From assembly GCA_964057225.1 (NCBI GenBank), contig OZ059897.1, positions 18,228,001-18,292,000 of the forward strand: a stretch of 64,000 bases of DNA, given 5' to 3'. The position numbers and the translations under genes were made by a program. The DNA comes from Auanema rhodensis (taxonomy: Eukaryota > Animalia > Nematoda). The notes under the pieces were generated by a model. The model saw nothing but the letters and a program-made list of their open reading frames with translations, did no database searches and was not told the DNA's origin. This document shows, piece by piece, positions 58,101-64,000 of the stretch; position 1 is the stretch's first letter, and each line of letters starts with the position of its first letter.

Positions 58101-61100
58101 TAGATGTTTTTAGATTCCATTTTTCAAGGCAAAGACGATAAACAATGTTATTCAACGAAAAAATTAATTCTTTAGGGTGAAAATCGAGGATATAAGTGTG
58201 AACTTATATCAGTTGATATCTCGGTGCATTTTTAAGCTAGCGCAAATCTGATAACACAGATCGACGCAGCTTAAAAATCCGCATCGAATGCACTATACTA
58301 CATTGAGAAACGCTTAATACAAAAATTAGTTATGATCGTTTGAAAAATGATGCATTAGTGTATGTTGAGTTTCCATGTACACTCAACATTGCTTCCAAAA
58401 ACATTTTGACAAAAATTTTTTCGAAACATTTCAAAATAATTTAGCAAAAAGTAAATGTTTTTAGATTCCATTTTTCAAGGCAAAGACGATGGACAATGTT
58501 ATTCAACGAAAAAATTAATTCTTCAGGGTGAAAATTGAGGATATAAGTGTGAACTTATATCAGTTGATATCTCGGTGCATTTTTAAGCTAGCGCAAATCT
58601 GATAACACAGATCGACGCAGCTTAAAAATCCGCATCGAATGCACTATACTACATTGAGAAACATTTGATACAAAAATTAGTTATGATCGTTTGAAAAATG
58701 ATGCATTAGTGTATGTTGAGTTTCCATGTACACTCAACATTGCTTCCAAAAACATTTTGACAAAAATTTTTTCGAAAAATTTCGAAATAATTTAGCAAAA
58801 AGTAGATGTTTTTAGATTTCATTTTTCAAGGCAAAGACGATGGACAATGTTATTCAACGAAAAAATTAATTCTTCAGGGTGAAAATCGAGGATATAAGTG
58901 TGAACTTATATCAGTTGATATCTCGGTGCATTTTTAAGCTAGCGCAAATCTGATAACACAGATCGACGCAGCTTAAAAATCCGCATCGAATGCACTATAC
59001 TACATTGAGAAACGCTTAATACAAAAATTAGTTATAATCGTTTGAAAAATGATGCATTAGTGTATGTTGAGTTTCCATGTACACTCAACATTGCTTCCAA
59101 AAACATTTTGACAAAAATTTTTTCGAAAAATTTCAAAATAATTTAGCAAAAAGTAGATGTTTTTAGATTCCATTTTTCAAGGCAAAGACGATGGACAATG
59201 TTATTCAACGAAAAAATTAATTCTTCAGGGTGAAAATCGAGGATATAAGTGTGAACTTATATCAGTTGATATCTCGGTGCATTTTTAAGCTAGCGCAAAT
59301 CTGATAACACAGATCGACGCAGCTTAAAAATCCGCATCGAATGCACTATACTACATCGAGAAACGCTCAATACAAAAATTAGTTATAATCGTTTGAAAAA
59401 TGATGCATTAGTGTATGTTGAGTTTCCATGTACACTCAACATTGCTTCCAAAAACATTTTGACAAAAATTTTTTCGAAAAATTTCAAAATAATTTAGCAA
59501 AAAGTAGATGTTTTTAGATTCCATTTTTCAAGGCAAAGACGATGGACAATGTTATTCAACGAAAAAATTAATTCTTCAGGGTGAAAATCGAGGATATAAG
59601 TGTGAACTTATATCAGTTGATATCTCGGTGCATTTTTAAGCTAGCGCAAATCTGATAACACAGATCGACGCAGCTTAAAAATCCGCATCGAATGCACTAT
59701 ACTACATCGAGAAACGCTCAATACAAAAATTAGTTATAATCGTTTGAAAAATGATGCATTAGTGTATGTTGAGTTTCCATGTACACTCAACATTGCTTCC
59801 AAAACCATTTTGACAAAAATTTTTTCGAAAAATTTCAAAATAATTTAGCAAAAAGTAGATGTTTTTAGATTCCATTTTTCAAGGCACAGACGATGGACAA
59901 TGTTATTCAACGAAAAAATTAATTCTTCAGGGTGAAAATCGAAGATATAAGTGTGAACTTATATCAGTTGATATCTCGGTGCATTTTCGAGCTAGCGCAA
60001 ATCTGATAACACAGATCGACGCAGCTTAAAAATCCGCATCGAATGCACTATACTACATTGAGAAACGCTTAATACAAAAATTAGTTATGATCGTTTGAAA
60101 AATGATGCATTAGTGTATGTTGAGTTTCCATGTACACTCAACATTGCTTCCAAAAACATTTTGACAAAAATTTTTTCGAAAAATTTCGAAATAATTTAGC
60201 AAAAAGTAGATGTTTTTAGATTTCATTTTTCAAGGCAAAGACGATGGACAATGTTATTCAACGAAAAAATTAATTCTTCAGGGTGAAAATCGAGGATATA
60301 AGTGTGAACTTATATCAGTTGATATCTCGGTGCATTTTTAAGCTAGCGCAAATCTGATAACACAGATCGACGCAGCTTAAAAATCCGCATCGAATGCACT
60401 ATACTACATTGAGAAACGCTTAATACAAAAATTAGTTATAATCGTTTGAAAAATGATGCATTAGTGTATGTTGAGTTTCCATGTACACTCAACATTGCTT
60501 CCAAAAACATTTTGACAAAAATTTTTTCGAAAAATTTCAAAATAATTTAGCAAAAAGTAGATGTTTTTAGATTCCATTTTTCAAGGCAAAGACGATGGAC
60601 AATGTTATTCAACGAAAAAATTAATTCTTCAGGGTGAAAATCGAGGATATAAGTGTGAACTTATATCAGTTGATATCTCGGTGCATTTTTAAGCTAGCGC
60701 AAATCTGATAACACAGATCGACGCAGCTTAAAAATCCGGATCGAATGCACTATACTACATTGAGAAACGCTTAATACAAAAATTAGTTATGATCGTTTGA
60801 AAAATGATGCATTAGTGTATGTTGAGTTTCCATGTACACTCAACATTGCTTCCAAAAACATTTTGACAAAAATTTTTTCGAAAAATTTCAAAATAATTTA
60901 GCAAAAAGTAGATGTTTTTAGATTCCATTTTTCAAGGCAAAGACGATGGACAATGTTATTCAACGAAAAAATTAATTCTTCAGGGTGAAAATTGAGGATA
61001 TAAGTGTGAACTTATATCAGTTGATATCTCGGTGCATTTTTAAGCTAGCGCAAATCTGATAACACAGATCGACGCAGCTTAAAAATCCGCATCGAATGCA

Positions 61101-61700
61101 CTATACTACATTGAGAAACATTTGATACAAAAATTAGTTATGATCGTTTGAAAAATGATGCATTAGTGTATGTTGAGTTTCCATGTACACTCAACATTGC
61201 TTCCAAAAACATTTTGACAAAAATTTTTTCGAAAAATTTCGAAATAATTTAGCAAAAAGTAGATGTTTTTAGATTTCATTTTTCAAGGCAAAGACGATGG
61301 ACAATGTTATTCAACGAAAAAATTAATTCTTCAGGGTGAAAATCGAGGATATAAGTGTGAACTTATATCAGTTGATATCTCGGTGCATTTTTAAGCTAGC
61401 GCAAATCTGATAACACAGATCGACGCAGCTTAAAAATCCGCATCGAATGCACTATACTACATTGAGAAACGCTTAATACAAAAATTAGTTATGATCGTTT
61501 GAAAAATGATGCATTAGTGTATGTTGAGTTTCCATGTACACTCAATATTGCTTCCAAAAACATTTTGACAAAAATGTTTTCGGAAAATTTCAAAATAATT
61601 TAGCAAAAAGTAGATGTTTTTAGATTTCTTTTTTCAAGGCAAAGACGATGGACAATGTTATTCAACGAAAAAATCATTTCTTCAGGGTGAAAATCGAGGA
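52200..61700. repeat. Patchwork of multi-monomer block duplications (offsets of 4, 7, 10 and 11 monomers)
   Basis: AAACCATT+GGCACAG+TTTTCGAG at 53838, 56295 and 59805. AATTGAGG+ACATTTGAT+TCGAAAT at about 54675, 57132, 58536 and 60993. AATGTTTTCGG at about 57720 and 61581. Confidence 0.8.
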
Positions 61701-64000
61701 TATAAGTGTGAACTTATATCAGTTGATATCTCGGTGCATTTTTAAGCTAGCGCAAATCTGATAACACAGATCGACGCAGCTTAAAAATCCGCATCGAATG
61801 CACTATACTACATTGAGAAACGCTTAATACAAAAATTAGTTATAATCGTTTGAAAAATGATGCATTAGTGTATGTTGAGTTTCCATGTACACTCAACATT
61901 GCTTCCAAAAACATTTTGACAAAAATTTTTTCGAAAAATTTCAAAATAATTTAGCAAAAAGTAGATGTTTTTAGATTCCATTTTTCAAGGCAAAGACGAT
62001 GGACAATGTTATTCAACGAAAAAATTAATTCTTCAGGGTGAAAATCGAGGATATAAGTGTGAACTTATATCAGTTGATATCTCGGTGCATTTTTAAGCTA
62101 GCGCAAATCTGATAACACAGATCGACGCAGCTTAAAAATCCGCATCGAATGCACTATACTACATTGAGAAACGCTTAATACAAAAATTAGTTATGATCGT
62201 TTGAAAAATGATGCATTAGTGTATGTTGAGTTTCCATGTACACTCAATATTGCTTCCAAAAACATTTTGACAAAAATGTTTTCGAAAAATTTCAAAATAA
62301 TTTAGCAAAAAGTAGATGTTTTTAGATTTCTTTTTTCAAGGCAAAGACGATGGACAATGTTATTCAACGAAAAAATCATTTCTTCAGGGTGAAAATCGAG
62401 GATATAAGTGTGAACTTATATCAGTTGATATCTGGGTGCATTTTTAAGCTAGCGCAAATCTGATAACACAGATCGACGCAGCTTAAAAATCCGCATCGAA
62501 TGCACTATACTACATTGAGAAAGGCTTAATACATAAATTAGTTATGATCGTTTGAAAAATGATGCATTAGTGTATGTTGAGTTTCCATGTACACTCAACA
62601 TTGCTTCCAAAAACATTTTGACAAAAATTTTTTCGAAAAATTTCGAAATAATTTAGCAAAAAGTAGATGTTTTTAGATTCCATTTTTCAAGGCAAAGACG
62701 ATAGACAATGTTATTCAACGAAAAAATTAATTCTTCAGGGTGAAAATCGAGGATATAAGTGTGAACTTATATCAGTTGATATCTCGGTGCATTTTTAAGC
62801 TAGCGCAAATCTGATAACACAGATCGACGCAGCTTAAGAATCCGCATCGAATGCACTATACTACATTGAGAAACGCTTAATACAAAAATTAGTTATGATC
62901 GTTTGAAAAATGATGCATTAGTGTATGTTGAGTTTCCATGTACACTCAACATTGCTTCCAAAAACATTTTGACAAAAATTTTTTCGAAAAATTTCAAAAT
63001 AATTTAGCAAAAAGTAGATGTTTTTAGATTCCATTTTTCAAGGCAAAGACGATAGACAATGTTATTCAACGAAAAAATTAATTCTTCAGGGTGAAAATCG
63101 AGGATATAAGTGTGAACTTATATCAGTTGATATCTCGGTGCATTTTTAAGCTAGCGCAAATCTGATAACACAGATCGACGCAGCTTAAGAATCCGCATCG
63201 AATGCACTATACTACATTGAGAAACGCTTATTACAAAAATTAGTTATGATCGTTTGAAAAATGATGCATTAGTGTATGTTGAGTTTCCATGTACACTTAA
63301 CATTGCTTCCAAAAACATTTTGACAAAAATTTTTTCGAAAAATTTCAAAATAGTTTACCAAAAAGTAGATGTTTTTAGATTCCATTTTTCAAGGCAAAGA
63401 CGATGGACAATGTTATTCAACGAAAAAATTAATTCTTCAGGGTGAAAATCGAGGATATAAGTGTGAACTTATATCAGTTGATATCTCGGTGCATTTTTAA
63501 GCTAGCGCAAATCTGATAACACAGATCGACGCAGCTTAAAAATCCGCATCGAATGCACTATACTACATCGAGAAACGCTCAATACAAAAATTAGTTATAA
63601 TCGTTTGAAAAATGATGCATTAGTGTATGTTGAGTTTCCATGTACACTCAACATTGCTTCCAAAAACATTTTGACAAAAATTTTTTCGAAAAATTTCAAA
63701 ATAATTTAGCAAAAAGTAGATGTTTTTAGATTCCATTTTTCAAGGCAAAGACGATGGACAATGTTATTCAACGAAAAAATTAATTCTTCAGGGTGAAAAT
63801 CGAGGATATAAGTGTGAACTTATATCAGTTGATATCTCGGTGCATTTTTAAGCTAGCGCAAATCTGATAACACAGATCGACGCAGCTTAAAAATCCGCAT
63901 CGAATGCACTATACTACATCGAGAAACGCTCAATACAAAAATTAGTTATAATCGTTTGAAAAATGATGCATTAGTGTATGTTGAGTTTCCATGTACACTC

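Larger units (their letters stand above)
1..64000. repeat. Tandem satellite DNA array, 351-bp monomer, about 182.7 head-to-tail copies, open at both window ends
   Basis: GACAATGTTATT recurs every 351 bp: lines 1, 7021, 14041, 21061, 28081 and 35101 are in register (20x351=7020). After the deletion, 37081, 44101, 51121 and 58141 (one SNP) are in register. 104 full copies + one 225-bp copy + 77 full copies + a 244-bp partial sum to exactly 64000. Confidence 0.99.

Noticed and set aside
7922-63445. 19 copies of a 63-aa ORF (MKNDALVYVEF...) as a tandem gene family
   Set aside because: The start is TTG, about 90% of monomers have an in-frame stop, the frame opens through one SNP, the K/F/I/N-rich composition mirrors A/T tracts, and I recognise no domain.
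1-64000. CRISPR array or other repeat-spacer system
   Set aside because: There are no unique spacers; the whole 351-bp unit repeats and there are no associated genes.

Overview
The whole 64-kb window is one uninterrupted head-to-tail satellite array of a 351-bp, AT-rich monomer (about 31% GC by hand count of monomer 1). It holds about 182.7 copies, all in the same orientation, that differ by a few substitutions each. The only length change I found is a 126-bp microhomology-flanked deletion in copy 105 (junction 36589-36594). I see no credible protein-coding gene, RNA gene, transposon insertion or CRISPR array. The ORF-track hits are by-products of single stop-codon SNPs in some monomers. I cannot name the satellite family or the organism; it looks like a eukaryotic (peri)centromeric-type satellite, and the lack of CpG depletion suggests a weakly methylated genome (inference). 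Points of interest: four dyad/hairpin elements in every monomer, a deletion that removes the largest one, local 2-, 3-, 4-, 5-, 7- and nested 10-mer higher-order duplications, and a layered layout in which a left-edge haplotype disappears for about 38 kb and returns on the right. I do not find a supportable novel gene system. Positions written mN are offsets within the monomer, with m1 = window position 1.
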